From: Hydrolagus affinis
Lineage: Eukaryota
Direction of reading: 5' to 3'
NCBI GenBank assembly: GCA_012026655.1
Contig: JAAILG010000775.1
Location: 1 to 64,000 of the forward strand
DNA: 64,000 nucleotides
The first letter of the stretch is position 1; each line of letters begins with the position of its first letter. Made by a program: the position numbers and the translations under genes. Shown piece by piece: positions 62,784-64,000 of this stretch. A model generated the notes under the pieces. That model was not told the origin of the DNA and searched no databases. It saw only the letters and a list, made by a program, of their open reading frames with translations.

Positions 62784-64000
62784 TTCCTGAAGGCAATGAA
62801 TGTCATGTGCTTATGTGCTGAGGGATAATAATAAAAATAATGCTTGCATTAGATACCGCCTTACTTACCATGTTGTTTCACAAGATATACTAAAATGACA
62901 GTATATTTTGTGGAAAGTTTCCAAGCATTCTCCAGGAGGGAGGTGGGCGGGGGGACATGCGAGTCATTGGATATCATTGTGGAACGCTGCCACCTAGCCA
63001 AGTAGCATAGCTGGGATAGGGAACCTCAACATGTGGTAATTATACTCTTTAACATTCCTACATTAGTCCAAAGCATTAAAAATTTGATGCCATACTTGCA
63101 ATCCGTGAAAATAAACTCCCCCACTCCAAACCCTTCCTGCCCACCCCTTTCCCCACTCCCCCGAGGCAATTTCAGGTCGGTCAAGACAGAAGTAACAATA
63201 AATTTTTAAAAATCTGCAGATTAGTATTAAATACTAAATGCCATATAAATAACTGGGACATTCCGAGGATTTTTTTGTTGCATTATCTGCTTTCTTATGT
63301 ACTGGAATCTCAAGTATTCGATTGAAACGAATGAGCATTACTGCTATATATTTTCAGTGAAGGTCTGGATCGAATTAATAAAAGAGAGGATCAGGGAGGA
63401 AGGAATCAAGTTTTGCCATCAGATTTATTCGAGCTGTTTTGTTATCTAACTCACGTGACAGTGCAGTCCTCTATTTATACCACTTACCACTGTTTCTGTA
63501 ATGGAACATTATCAAGTACTTGCAAGGTCTCTACCATCAAGATCTGTGCCTTGCTCCCAGCTGCTGTTTGCTCCTGAAAACACACGCAGTCTACTCTTAA
63601 AAACAGCTCCACTAAGTACCGCACAGGGGGCAAGGGACTGGAAATGAATTACATTGGCATTATATTAATAGTTTCATTACACTGATGGTTTTAGGAGGTA
63701 AAAGGATCAATACAAGCCAAAGTTACAGCAAAACGTAATCACACTTGAAGAAGGCCCATGCCTTAATTGGAGTTGACTCTGGAACTACCAAAACTGGATT
63801 CTGTCACTGACTAAAACAATTGAACAAAAAAGGAGACAAGAGAGAAATGTGGAGATTACTGGTGATTTTAGTGCAGCTCTCTGAGCTGATTAGAATCAGA
63901 GCACAACAGAGATCTGACAATGCATTTTATCCATAACAGAACTGAGAACAGTCACTGTGCAATCTAAATGGCGATCATTCTGCAACTGACTGACTGACTG

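Noticed and set aside
37640-63500. Several tiny - strand acceptor/donor pairs (near 37642-37668, 44130-44154, 62869-62889, 63488-63495)
   Set aside because: Weak pyrimidine tracts or non-triplet lengths. Such pairs are expected by chance in 64 kb.
1-64000. CRISPR array, prokaryotic operon/defence system, or known miRNA hairpin
   Set aside because: There is no regularly spaced repeat-spacer array and no gene-dense coding region. The recurring ~30-bp words are SINE/LINE tails at irregular spacing. I recognised only short partial matches to miRNAs (e.g. agcagcattg near 734), with no hairpin.

Overview
This is 64 kb of AT-rich eukaryotic, essentially non-coding DNA. It is either a large intron or a gene desert. 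The repeats I recognise by eye are a young tRNA-headed SINE with a (TTA)n tail, older Deu-domain SINEs (SacSINE1/AmnSINE1 type), about 18 LF-SINE-like copies, L2 and CR1 LINE 3' fragments, and microsatellites. This mix points to a cartilaginous fish, most likely a holocephalan such as Callorhinchus (inference, not a database result). I can support no complete protein-coding gene, RNA gene or CRISPR array. The ORF track is mostly spurious or LINE-derived. The most notable items are: (1) a ~210-bp palindromic MITE-like family that I cannot name, in at least four copies; (2) nested insertions that order the repeat families in time; (3) a few splice-site-bounded exon candidates with no recognised homology; (4) a near-full antisense LF-SINE carrying a strong acceptor; and (5) repeat-poor blocks with developmental-enhancer-like motifs. 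I did not find a convincing new multi-gene system. Repeat boundaries are approximate.
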